A DNA stretch of 64,000 nt from an uncultured delta proteobacterium (GTDB taxonomy: Bacteria > Desulfobacterota > Binatia > UBA9968): positions 160,001-224,000 of the forward strand of contig CAVUVW010000014.1 of the NCBI GenBank assembly GCA_963745035.1, written 5' to 3'. Below, in pieces: positions 44,960 to 54,006 of the stretch. Under the pieces are notes generated by a model. The model saw only the letters and a program-made list of their open reading frames with translations, was not told the origin of the DNA and searched no databases. Position 1 is the stretch's first letter; the number at the start of each line of letters is the position of its first letter. A program made the position numbers and the translations under genes.

Positions 44960-46132
44960 ATGGCGGCAACCAATGGCAATCTAAATTTGTTTCTGTTGAA
45001 GGCCGACGGGCTGGCGCGGTGTCGTTGGGACGGAAAATCCGAGGGCGTCGAGGAGCTCAACAGCGCCCTGGAAGGCGAGACGGTGCGCGAAGTGGCGCGC
45101 GACCCGTTCCATCCGCGGCGCGTGTATGCGGCGACCTTGACCGAGATCCACGTCAGCGAGGACGACGGCGCAAGTTGGCAGTGGCTTCCCTCGGGCGGCA
45201 TCGATTATCGGGATATTTGGACGATGGCGGTGCATCCGACGCGCGCCGACGAGATCTACGTCGGCACTTTGCCGGCGGCGGTGTATGTGAGTGAAAACGG
45301 CGGAAGGTCGTTCCGCGAGCTTGCGGCCTTTCGCGCTCTGCCCGACTATCACAAGTGGACTTTTCCACCGGGCGCTCATGTCGCCCACACACGCTGCATC
45401 ACCCTGGATGCGCGCGTGCCCGACGAGATCCTCGTCGGCATCGAGGAGGGCGGCGTGGCGCGCAGCCGCGACCGTGGCGCGACCTGGGAAGACATCAGCG
45501 GCCCGGCGAGCGCGACCGCGTTTCCGAAGATCAACGATCCCGCCGGCATCGTGCCTTATGAAATGGGCCGGCACGAAGACGGCCGCGTGTATCGCGACGT
45601 GCACTGGGTGACGCGCCACCCAACTCGTTTGGAGACGCTTTTTGCAAGCACCGGGATCGGCACGTATCAGACCGAGGACGGCGGAAAAACCTGGGTCAAG
45701 TGCGAGTACGGCATGGGGCGCGCGTATGCGATTCCCATGTCCAACCATCATGCGGCGCCGGATCGACTCTTTCTCGGCGCGGCGGAAAATGGCCCCGCGT
45801 CCTGGCCCGGCCACCGCACCGTGCGCGCCGGACCCTACAACACGGTAAGATTCAGCCGCAATCTATCGGCGCAAACCGGCGGCGCCAAGACGCAGATTTT
45901 GCGCAGCGACGACGGCGGTAAAACCTGGGACCGGCTAGACGGCGGATTGCCGGCGGGCCACTCGCACATGACCTGCGGATTTGCCGCGCATCCCGAAGAT
46001 GACCGGACGCTGTGCGTCGGGTACACGGACGGATCGATTTACACCACCGCCGACGGCGGTGACACATGGAGTCGGCTCAAAGTCGCAGAAAGCAAGCTCT
46101 ACGGCCTCCGGCTCCTCGCCGCGGCTTCATGA
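44960..46132 (+). CDS. BNR/Asp-box repeat beta-propeller protein
   Basis: Repeated SxDxGxTW motifs (SEDDGASW, SRDRGATW, TEDGGKTW, SDDGGKTW, TADGGDTW). AGGAGG RBS; no signal peptide. Confidence 0.85.
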   Translation: MAATNGNLNLFLLKADGLARCRWDGKSEGVEELNSALEGETVREVARDPFHPRRVYAATLTEIHVSEDDGASWQWLPSGGIDYRDIWTMAVHPTRADEIYVGTLPAAVYVSENGGRSFRELAAFRALPDYHKWTFPPGAHVAHTRCITLDARVPDEILVGIEEGGVARSRDRGATWEDISGPASATAFPKINDPAGIVPYEMGRHEDGRVYRDVHWVTRHPTRLETLFASTGIGTYQTEDGGKTWVKCEYGMGRAYAIPMSNHHAAPDRLFLGAAENGPASWPGHRTVRAGPYNTVRFSRNLSAQTGGAKTQILRSDDGGKTWDRLDGGLPAGHSHMTCGFAAHPEDDRTLCVGYTDGSIYTTADGGDTWSRLKVAESKLYGLRLLAAAS

Positions 46133-46295
46133 GTTATTGCAAACCCGGAAAAAGTGAGCCGCTTGCCTGCCCTTAAGACCAGCTTCGAGAAAATATAAAC
46201 CTGTTCTGGAGTGTAAAAGTAGTTGACAGACCCGCAACAATGCTGCACAATCGGCCATCAAAAGCAGTCCACTATGGACGGAAGGTGGAGACAAG

Positions 46296-46865
46296 ATGAG
46301 GACGCGAAAGCCGATTTTGCAGTATGGGGCGAGTTCGTTGGTTGTGGCATTCCTAATTTCCTGCGGCAACCCGGCAAACCCGCCGCCGCCTAAATGGACG
46401 GCTGAAAACCAGAGCGCAGAGGCTACAAAACCGGCTCCCAAAGCGGCCCCTTCGAAGCCCGAACCAGGTACGACTTCCAGTTTAGATAATCTGCGCTCAG
46501 GCGATAGCGCCACCGGCGGGCCGCTCAAAGACGTGAGCTTCAACTTTGATAGCGCCGAGCTCTCCGAGAGCGCGCGCGCCACGCTCAAGGCAAACGCCGA
46601 CTGGCTCAAGGGCAATCCCACGGCGCGCGTGCAGATCGAAGGTCATTGTGATGAACGGGGAGCGGCAGATTACAACATGGCGCTCGGCGCCAAGCGCGCC
46701 CAGGCGGCGATGGACTACTTGACCACTCTGGGCATCGCGGGAAATCGCCTCTCGACGATCAGCTACGGCGAAGAAATTCCTGTTTGTAAAGAGAAGGCCG
46801 AAGACTGCTGGGCGAAGAATCGCCGCGCGCGCTTTGTCGTCGCGCCGAGCAAGCCGACTTCCTGA
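46296..46865 (+). CDS. pal: Peptidoglycan-associated lipoprotein
   Basis: Lipobox LISC; FNFDSAEL, IEGHCDERG, YNMALG, ISYGEE, KNRRA. Confidence 0.88.
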   Translation: MRTRKPILQYGASSLVVAFLISCGNPANPPPPKWTAENQSAEATKPAPKAAPSKPEPGTTSSLDNLRSGDSATGGPLKDVSFNFDSAELSESARATLKANADWLKGNPTARVQIEGHCDERGAADYNMALGAKRAQAAMDYLTTLGIAGNRLSTISYGEEIPVCKEKAEDCWAKNRRARFVVAPSKPTS

Positions 46866-46889
46866 TCTCCGCGAACGTTGTCGCTACCT

Positions 46890-46925
46890 AAAAAAGCCCG
46901 CGTCGAAAGGCGCGGGCTTTTTTTT
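46890..46925. terminator. Intrinsic terminator with bidirectional form
   Basis: A6-GCCCGCG-TCGAAAGG-CGCGGGC-T8. Confidence 0.85.
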
Positions 46926-47091
46926 GGTCCAATGAAGCTGCGCGAAATCCATTGCGGCGCTCCCTTTGCGATCATCCCCTCGACTTCAGAAACATAGCAT
47001 CTAATTGACACCGCTTCCGGCGCTTTGTTAGGGTCGCAAACGGCACATCGATTGCGCCATCCTCGAGCGCTCAACGGAGGACTCTTTTCTC

Positions 47092-48105
47092 ATGACGCCA
47101 AGCAAGAGCTTCGCGATGATTCTTGCGCTGCTGCTCAGCGTCCCGATTGCGGCCGCGGCATCGGCCCAGACACTCGACAGCTTCCGCGTTTCCTACGGCG
47201 GCTACAACGAGACCGCCGCGCCCATGTGGGTGGGCATCGACAAGGGAATTTTCAAAAAATACGGCATTGACGCCTCGATGATTCAGGTGCGCAGCGGCGC
47301 CCTAAGTGTGGCAGCGCTCGTTGCCAGAGAAGTTGACGCCGTCTGGCCAGCGCAGTCGACCATACTCAGCACGGTTTTCGGCGGCGTCAAGCTGGGCTGT
47401 ATCGCCAGCCCGATCAACAAGATTCCCCGCCTGCTGGTGGTTCGCAAGGACATCAACACCATCGAGGATCTGCGCGGCAAAGTCGTCGGCGTGCAGAGCA
47501 TCGGCGGCGGCTTTTGGCTGCAGACGATGATCATCTTCGATTCGCTCGGCATCGATCCCGACAAGCACGGACTGAAGTTCCGGGTGATCGGCGACGGGCC
47601 GGTGATCGCCCAGGCGCTCACGACAGGCAATATCGATGTCGCCGCGATGACCTATTCTCTCAGCGAGGCCGCGCTCAAGGCCGGATTCAGATCCATGATC
47701 GACGCGGCGGAGCTCAAGGCGCCGTATCAGGGGCCGAGCGTGTGCGCGTTGAAAGACGGGCTGGCGAACCGCCAGGATTTTTTTCTTCGGCTCACAAAGG
47801 GGCTGGCCGAAGCGACGGCGTTCATCCTGGACAGCGGCAACAAGGCCGAGGTGGTCAAAACGCTGATGAAGCACTTGCGCTTGGCAAAACCCGAGGAAGG
47901 CGAGTCTTCGTACAAAGTGCTCCGGCTCATGACGACACTGGACTTGGCGCCCAATCCGGCCGCATTCAAGATCGTGCAGCGCATCGTCGCGAAGGTGAAT
48001 CCAAAAATCAGCCAGGTCGATATCGATCAGATTATTGACGGCAGCTACGTCCGCAATCTCGAATCGAGTGGTTTCCTGGCGGAACTGCGGCGAAAGAGCA
48101 AATGA
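47092..48105 (+). CDS. SsuA/NMT1-type substrate-binding protein
   Basis: Signal peptide, GIFKKYG, DLRGKVVGVQSIGG, IDGSYV. Confidence 0.85.
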   Translation: MTPSKSFAMILALLLSVPIAAAASAQTLDSFRVSYGGYNETAAPMWVGIDKGIFKKYGIDASMIQVRSGALSVAALVAREVDAVWPAQSTILSTVFGGVKLGCIASPINKIPRLLVVRKDINTIEDLRGKVVGVQSIGGGFWLQTMIIFDSLGIDPDKHGLKFRVIGDGPVIAQALTTGNIDVAAMTYSLSEAALKAGFRSMIDAAELKAPYQGPSVCALKDGLANRQDFFLRLTKGLAEATAFILDSGNKAEVVKTLMKHLRLAKPEEGESSYKVLRLMTTLDLAPNPAAFKIVQRIVAKVNPKISQVDIDQIIDGSYVRNLESSGFLAELRRKSK

Positions 48106-48120
48106 GCAGAATGGCGGCAA

Positions 48121-49086
48121 TCAGCCGAACAGCTCCAATGTCTCTTCGGCGAACAGCTCGGCGATAGCGAATCTTCGCCGGGTGAGACCCTGCTCGTGAG
48201 AGTAGCGCGCCGCTGCCTCCAAGGTCGGCAGATTCTTCGTGACGCCATAGGGCGAGATATCGTCACCTAGCAGTTGGCGGGCATATTCCAAATCCAAGTT
48301 CGACCACGGCATGGCGGAGAGGCCTTCTTCGTAGGCTTCGAAGGCCAGACGCTTCGCCGACTCAAATCCCTCGGTCAATCGCGCGGCGATCGACGGCTCT
48401 TGCTCGTAGATCGCGCGCCGGATCACCACCATGTGCATGATGGGGAAGATTTTGGTTTTGCGATAGTAGTCTGCTTCGACCGCGCGGCTGTCGGGAAAGA
48501 GCCGTCGCACCCGCGGCGAGCCATTGAGAAACGGCCTCGGCGGCTGAGTTACGGCGACGGCATCGAGCTCGCCTTCTTCGAGGAGACCATCGAGCGTTTT
48601 GTCCTTGCCGATGCTGTCGATCCGAATACCCGCCGGGATCTCGATCGGCACATGCTCCGAACGCCGGCGAAACCAGTGGATGTCTTGGGGCGCAACGCCA
48701 TATTCGTGCTGCAAAAATCCTCGCGTAAAGAGCAGTGCCGTCATTGAGTAATCGGCGATGCCGACTTTCTTTCCTTTGAGGTCTTCCGGTCTCTCGATAC
48801 CCGAGCGGGTGTTGATCCAGACATAGGAGTGGCGAAACACGCGGGAGGGAAAAACCGGAATCGCGACGAAGCGCCGATCGTCCTTGCCGAGCGCAATCAT
48901 GTAGTTCGACAGCGACATTTCCGCGGCATCGTAAGCTTCGTCGCGCAGCATGCGCAGGAATATCTGCGACGGCGGCGAGAGATGGACGAACTTGAGATCC
49001 ACGCCGTCGACTTGAATCTGGCCATTGGCCAAAGCGCGGATGTGGTCGTACTCCCGGCAGCCGATTGTGATGGTTCGATTTGCCAC
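48121..49086 (-). CDS. 4,5-dihydroxyphthalate decarboxylase-like protein (periplasmic-binding fold)
   Basis: YDHIRAL, AEMSLS, IPVFPSRVFRHS, IFPIMH, YSHEQGL. Confidence 0.8.
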   Translation of the reverse strand: MANRTITIGCREYDHIRALANGQIQVDGVDLKFVHLSPPSQIFLRMLRDEAYDAAEMSLSNYMIALGKDDRRFVAIPVFPSRVFRHSYVWINTRSGIERPEDLKGKKVGIADYSMTALLFTRGFLQHEYGVAPQDIHWFRRRSEHVPIEIPAGIRIDSIGKDKTLDGLLEEGELDAVAVTQPPRPFLNGSPRVRRLFPDSRAVEADYYRKTKIFPIMHMVVIRRAIYEQEPSIAARLTEGFESAKRLAFEAYEEGLSAMPWSNLDLEYARQLLGDDISPYGVTKNLPTLEAAARYSHEQGLTRRRFAIAELFAEETLELFG

Positions 49087-49157
49087 GCTTTCCTCCTAAC
49101 GGTCCTCGATGGACCAGAATTTAGGTGGAACAGCGCTCAGAAGTCAAAGGATAATTA

Positions 49158-49353
49158 CTATTCGAAGGTGTGATAAACGTCGGGGAATATGTGGACCTTG
49201 ACTGAAGCCCTCGGCTGCTTCGCCAGCGTCTTGCAGGGCGAAAGTCGTTCCTCTCTTTCCAGATCTCCGATGATGACAATGGTTGGAATCGTCTTGGAGT
49301 ACGACAGCAAGTTGCGACAATCACCGTAAAGACTGACCGCTGCCTTTACAATT
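49158..49353 (-). pseudogene. C-terminal remnant of a dienelactone hydrolase-family gene
   Basis: Manual translation IVKAAVSLYGDC...PTIVIIGD...SPC...VKVHIFPDVYHTFE*; upstream in-frame stop, no convincing start, lower GC. Confidence 0.55.
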
Positions 49354-49376
49354 CAGAGCGCCATGCGCCTTGTCGA

Positions 49377-50351
49377 CTATTTCTTCGCTTTCTCGGCGAA
49401 CGTCCAGTCGCGGACGGACTGCGGACCGAGGCTGGTCTTGGATTTTTCCTTCAACCGGAACGTGCCGACGGCGAGCAGGTCGTTGACGATGGCGTCGGGG
49501 AGAGTCAGGTCGGGATTGTACTCGTCGCGGTAAAGCTTGAACAGGTTATCAGCGGTGGCGGCGTCGACGCGCATGATTCTTTGAAACACCGACTGTCGGT
49601 ATTCGGGATTCTGCAGCAAATAGAGCGTCGCCAAGCGCAGCGCGCGCAAGAGCCGGACGATTTCATCCGGATCTTTTTCCATCTTTTTCTGGGTCGCACC
49701 GATGCCGGTGATCGGAATGCGCACGAGCTCTCCCAACTCGCGCGCCGTCATGATCACGCGCAGTCCCTGCTTCTCAGCCGCAAACTCTGCGGGGCTGGTG
49801 ATCACCGTCGCGTCCACGCTGCCACTCACCACCGCCGCCAGACGCTCGGGAGTGCCGCCGCCGATGGCGAGGATGGTGAGATCTTTGTTGGGATCCATGC
49901 CGCTCCGGCTGATGGCGGCGTAGGCGGCGTAGTCAGCCGAGCTGCCGAACGAGTTGATACCGATTTTCTTGCCGCGCAGCGCTTTGACGCTCTCAATCTC
50001 CGGCCGCGCGACCATGAAGTACGAGCTGCTCTTGGTAACCGCGGCCAAGATTTTCACCGGTAGACCGCGCGCCGACGCGCCGGTGAGAAACGGCAGAATT
50101 GTGGCGTAATCCAGCTCGCCGGCCAGCAGCGCGGTAAGCATGAGATTGGTGCCGCGAAAAGTGATGAGCTGAACCTTCAGCCCTTCTTTCTCGAAGAATC
50201 CCCTCTCTTTGGCGACGACATACGGCAAGGTCGTCCAACTCCCCTGCCCGGACCAGCCGAGATTGACATCCTTGGTCTGCCCCGCCGCCGCGTCGACGAA
50301 GCAAAGGAGTAACGGCACCAGCACGATGAACAGTAGTTTCTCTTTTCTCAT
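49377..50351 (-). CDS. SsuA/NMT1-type substrate-binding protein
   Basis: GFFEKEGL, ALLAGELD, LRGKKIGINSFGS. Confidence 0.87.
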   Translation of the reverse strand: MRKEKLLFIVLVPLLLCFVDAAAGQTKDVNLGWSGQGSWTTLPYVVAKERGFFEKEGLKVQLITFRGTNLMLTALLAGELDYATILPFLTGASARGLPVKILAAVTKSSSYFMVARPEIESVKALRGKKIGINSFGSSADYAAYAAISRSGMDPNKDLTILAIGGGTPERLAAVVSGSVDATVITSPAEFAAEKQGLRVIMTARELGELVRIPITGIGATQKKMEKDPDEIVRLLRALRLATLYLLQNPEYRQSVFQRIMRVDAATADNLFKLYRDEYNPDLTLPDAIVNDLLAVGTFRLKEKSKTSLGPQSVRDWTFAEKAKK

Positions 50352-50374
50352 GACCGTCTCCGTTCAAGCGGCCG

Positions 50375-51193
50375 CTACTTATCGCCTAAATCCATCACGC
50401 CTGAAACCGGCCGGAGTTTTTTGTCGATGAATTGTTTCAGACCGGGGCGGCCGCCGTGTTCGCGGATCGTGCGCTCGGAGATCAAGTTAGAAATCTCGAA
50501 GGCGACGTCAGGCGCCGAGTAAGAGCTGTAGTACCACGCTTCCTTAACGGCCTTGAGCGCCGGCGGGCTTTTCTCGGCGAGGCATTTGGCGAGGTCTGCC
50601 ACTTCCTTGTCGAGATCCGCGCGCGGCACGACCCGCGATATGAGGCCGAGCCGCTCGGCCTCGCGCGCCTGCATCATCTTGCCGGTGAGCGCGTAATAAA
50701 GCCCGTGCTTGGGCTGAAGGTGCTCGGTCATCACGTAGGTGGTTTCGCCGGCGGGGAAATGACCGAAGTTGACCTCGGGTAGACCGAAGAGCGCGTCTTC
50801 CGAGGCGATCGCGATATCGCAGCCGGCGGTCACGGTCAACGCGCCGCCGAGGCACCAGCCGGTGATGCGGGCAATGACGGGCTTCGGCAACGTCCGCAGC
50901 ATCTCGCCGCGCCAGAGTCGCACCTTCTGGCGTAGCTCGTCGCGCACGCGCTCCGGCTGTTTGTCCATCTCGAGGGAATACTGTTTCAGGTCCTGGCCCG
51001 CGCAGAAGTTTTCGCCGGCGCCGGTGAGCACGATCACCCGCGTCTCGGTGTCGTAGCGGAGCTCGGTGAGCAGATCGAACATTTCCATGTGCAGCTGCGG
51101 GCTCATCGCGTTGCGCTTTTCCGGACGGTTGAATGCAATCGTCGTGATGCCGTTTTCTTTGGTCACGAGCAAGGTCTCATAGTTTGTCGCCAT
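50375..51193 (-). CDS. Enoyl-CoA hydratase family, hydroxycinnamoyl-CoA hydratase/lyase-like
   Basis: NRPEKRNAMSP, FCAGQDLK, GWCLGG, FGLPEVNFG, LYYALTG, GLKQF. Confidence 0.82.
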   Translation of the reverse strand: MATNYETLLVTKENGITTIAFNRPEKRNAMSPQLHMEMFDLLTELRYDTETRVIVLTGAGENFCAGQDLKQYSLEMDKQPERVRDELRQKVRLWRGEMLRTLPKPVIARITGWCLGGALTVTAGCDIAIASEDALFGLPEVNFGHFPAGETTYVMTEHLQPKHGLYYALTGKMMQAREAERLGLISRVVPRADLDKEVADLAKCLAEKSPPALKAVKEAWYYSSYSAPDVAFEISNLISERTIREHGGRPGLKQFIDKKLRPVSGVMDLGDK

Positions 51194-51271
51194 GTTTTTC
51201 TCCTTTGGCTGATGTTCTCTCAGTTCTCAATTGACATAGCACTGCGTTGTTGAATATTCATCTTGGATGAA

Positions 51272-51432
51272 GGTTCAAGCTATTCAATGGTTCGACACGC
51301 TCACCATGAGCGGCTCGGATTCCGCTCGTCCTCAGCGAAGTCGAAGGATGGGCTCCGTTCAAAACGTCTTGAACGGTTTGAACGGAGGCATCGCGCCGGT
51401 TGAACGGAGTGACCGAAGGGAACGGTTGAACG
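51272..51432. repeat. Composite GTTCAA element containing an uninterrupted REP hairpin (empty IS110 target homolog)
   Basis: TTCAA-[TGGTTCGACACGCTCACCATGAGCGG...CCGCTCGTCCTCAGCGAAGTCGAAGGA]-TGGGCTCCGTTCAA...TTGAACGGAGTGACCGAAGGGAACGGTTGAACG. Confidence 0.88.
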
Positions 51433-51450
51433 CACAGTTTGGAGGAGCAA

Positions 51451-52494
51451 ATGAAGTCATCAATCCTGGCGATTCTGCTTGTGATGCTCGCGGTCGAGGT
51501 TGGATGGTGCCAATCCGCGCCGCCCAAGACCGCCGCCGACCTGGCGAAATATATGGGCGCCGATCGCGAGCGCGTGCTTTACGACGGCGCGAAAAAGGAA
51601 GGCAAGCTCGTCTGGTACACGTCGCTCACCATCTATAAAGAGATGGCCAAGTCCTTCGAAGCGCGCTATCCCGGCGTCACCGTGGAGCCCTATCGCGCCA
51701 CCGCGGTGAATCTCGTCAGCCGGATACTCAGCGAGGGACAAAGCAAGCGCTACCTCGTCGATGTCATCGAGACCACGCCAGGCTCGCTGATGCTGGTACG
51801 CGATAACAAGCTGCTCTTGCCCTACAACTCGCCGCATCTCGCCGCCTATCCGGAAAACTCGAAGGACAAGGCGCCGGGCGGTTTGTTCTACACCAGCGTG
51901 GATCGCGAATCGTACGCCGGCATCGGTTACAACAAAAATGCGATTCCAGCCGCCGACGTGCCGAAAAGCTGGAACGACCTGCTCAAGCCTTCGCTCAAAG
52001 GCAAGATCAGCATCAGCAACGAGGAAATCGCCACGCGGGTGGTCGGCTCGATGCTGAAAGAAAAAGGCGAAGGATTCATCAAGCAACTGGCGGCCCAGGA
52101 GATCAAACAGCACGGTCTCCCCGCGCTCGGCCTGAACGAGCTGATCGTCTCGGGCGAGGTGCCGCTCTCGTTTACCGCCGTCGACAGCAACGTGCGATTG
52201 GCCGCCGCGAGGGGCGCGCCCATCGCGTGGCTCCCCGGCGATCTCGTGCCCGCCAACGCGGGCAGCCTGGGCGCCTTCTTACATCCGCCGCATCCGCACG
52301 CGGCGCTGCTGTTCATCGATTTCATGATCGGTCCGGAAGGGCAAAAATTGTTCTCGGAAAAATACGGCTACGGCAGCCCGCGCAAGGAGCACCCCTTCAA
52401 ACGTTGGTATCCCGAGCAGGGACTATCGAGCTATGACTACGCCAACACCATCGAGAAGTGGAACAAGATTTTGCTGCAAATATCGAGGAAATGA
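51451..52494 (+). CDS. Extracellular solute-binding protein (Fe/thiamine-type ABC family)
   Basis: GAKKEGKLVWYTS, PKSWNDLL, PHPHAALLFIDF, EGQK. GGAGG RBS. Confidence 0.87.
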   Translation: MKSSILAILLVMLAVEVGWCQSAPPKTAADLAKYMGADRERVLYDGAKKEGKLVWYTSLTIYKEMAKSFEARYPGVTVEPYRATAVNLVSRILSEGQSKRYLVDVIETTPGSLMLVRDNKLLLPYNSPHLAAYPENSKDKAPGGLFYTSVDRESYAGIGYNKNAIPAADVPKSWNDLLKPSLKGKISISNEEIATRVVGSMLKEKGEGFIKQLAAQEIKQHGLPALGLNELIVSGEVPLSFTAVDSNVRLAAARGAPIAWLPGDLVPANAGSLGAFLHPPHPHAALLFIDFMIGPEGQKLFSEKYGYGSPRKEHPFKRWYPEQGLSSYDYANTIEKWNKILLQISRK

Positions 52495-52508
52495 ACGCTC
52501 TAGCAAGT

Positions 52509-52581
52509 GTTCAAAACGTTCAAGCCGTTCAATGGTTCGACACGCTCACCATGAGCGGCTCGGTTTGCCGCTCGTCCTGAG
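52509..52581. repeat. Composite GTTCAA/REP element, left part (split by IS110 copy 2)
   Basis: GTTCAAAACGTTCAAGCCGTTCAATGGTTCGACACGCTCACCATGAGCGG...CCGCTCGTCCTGAG; near-identical to 51283-51335. Confidence 0.88.
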
Positions 52582-52669
52582 ACTTGTATGATGGATGTCG
52601 GCTCTGAACCGGGAGTGCTCTGCTACAATGCCCGAAACGCGAAAGGCATTGTGCAAGGAGGCACTCAGC

Positions 52670-53806
52670 ATGGGACACAAAGCGTTTATACCACAAGAGT
52701 ACGATGTGTTTGCGGGCTTGGACGTAGATAAAAGAAGCATCTCGGTGACCTTTAGCAACCATCAGCAAGGATTTGTCCGATCGTTGCACATGCCGTACAG
52801 CGTGGAGCACTTGCTCAAGCACGTACGCAAGCATTATCCCGATCAGAAGGTTGCGTTTGTCTATGAAGCTGGACCGACGGGGTATGGATTGTATGATGGG
52901 CTTTCGGCCCAGGGGTATAACTGCTTGGTGGCGGCACCTTCGATGATCCCTCGAGCTCCCGGGCAAAGAGTCAAAACCAATCGCCTCGACAGCCGAGGGT
53001 TGTCGGAGAGCTTGCGCGGTGGACAGTTGAAGAGCATTCACGTGCCTTCGCCCATTTATCGAGAGCTTCGCCATCTCACCCAGCTGCGCGACACCTTGGT
53101 CAGTGAAGTGGCGGGGATGAAGCAGCGGATTCAATCGCTGTTGCTGTTTGAGGGGATCGCTTTCCCAGCGGCTCCCGCTGGGAGCCGCTGGTCTTTGAAA
53201 GTGAAGAGCCAACTGAGGAAACTTCAGTGCTCTAAGAGCATGCGCTTTAAACTCGATCAGTTGCTCGACAACGTGGAGTTTTCTGAGAAGCAGGTCGTGA
53301 AAGTGACCAAAGAGATTCGCAAGCTCTGTCAGAACGATCCTGAACTGGCGCAGTGCATGAAGTATATGATGAGCGTTTGTGGCATCGGCTGGATTGTGGC
53401 CAGTCAGCTCCTGGCTCGTATCGGTGATTGGCGGGAACTTAAAAACGTGCGTCAGCTGGCAGGGTTTTTGGGGCTGGTTCCGAGTGAGGACTCTACGGGA
53501 GAGAAAACCGATCGAGGCTCGATCACCCGCACGGGACATGGCCGCCTGAGGAGTAAACTCATCCAAGCGGCCTGGTCGGCGATTCGCCAAGATGGTGAAC
53601 TTCGGGAGTTTTACAGTTCGGTATGCCGCAGACACCCGCGGCATATGGGTCCGCGAGTCGCCATCGTCGCCGTGGCGCGCAAGCTCAGCACCCGGATTGC
53701 TGCGGTGTTGATGGAACAACGGCCCTATGTGATGAGACAAAAAGTTCATTCAGCTCCTTTGACCCAAGAGGAGACATCGCCCCAGGGAACGGCTCGACGA
53801 CTTTGA
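52670..53806 (+). CDS. IS110-family transposase/recombinase (378 aa)
   Basis: AAGGAGG RBS. RuvC-like GLDVDK / YEAGPTG / KTNRLD; C-terminal GIG, GLVPSEDSTG (catalytic Ser region), AIVAVARKL. Confidence 0.96.
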   Translation: MGHKAFIPQEYDVFAGLDVDKRSISVTFSNHQQGFVRSLHMPYSVEHLLKHVRKHYPDQKVAFVYEAGPTGYGLYDGLSAQGYNCLVAAPSMIPRAPGQRVKTNRLDSRGLSESLRGGQLKSIHVPSPIYRELRHLTQLRDTLVSEVAGMKQRIQSLLLFEGIAFPAAPAGSRWSLKVKSQLRKLQCSKSMRFKLDQLLDNVEFSEKQVVKVTKEIRKLCQNDPELAQCMKYMMSVCGIGWIVASQLLARIGDWRELKNVRQLAGFLGLVPSEDSTGEKTDRGSITRTGHGRLRSKLIQAAWSAIRQDGELREFYSSVCRRHPRHMGPRVAIVAVARKLSTRIAAVLMEQRPYVMRQKVHSAPLTQEETSPQGTARRL

Positions 53807-54006
53807 GAACCGGGAGAAACAAACTCCTGACGGTTCGATCCTTGAGACAGAGATCCCGGGGCTTTGTGCCTTAGAGAGGGGCGCATTTTAAGTCAGTGTG
53901 ACGGCCGGGTGCCGTGCCACGCATAGCAGCAAGTCTCTCTTGGCCGGGAAAGAAGAAGGGATAAACTAAGAGCATTCGCGGTGTAGCGACTTGACATCCA
54001 CATAGC
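53807..54006 (+). ncRNA. Candidate bridge/seek RNA region
   Basis: Stem CCGGGA/TCCCGG encloses TCCTGA and TTCGA (target-like). Stem CGGCCGGG/CTTGGCCG encloses CATAGCAG and CAAGTCT (both strands of the circle junction). Confidence 0.75.
53991..53996 (+). promoter_or_regulatory. -35 half (TTGACA) of the circle-junction promoter; -10 half TATGAT at 52587-52592
   Basis: Joining the ends gives TTGACA-TCCACATAGCAGACTTG (17 bp)-TATGAT. Confidence 0.85.

Noticed and set aside
52529-53749. 406-aa antisense ORF across the IS as a second IS gene
   Set aside because: It mirrors the transposase, its stop lies outside the element in the flanking repeat, and it has no motif.
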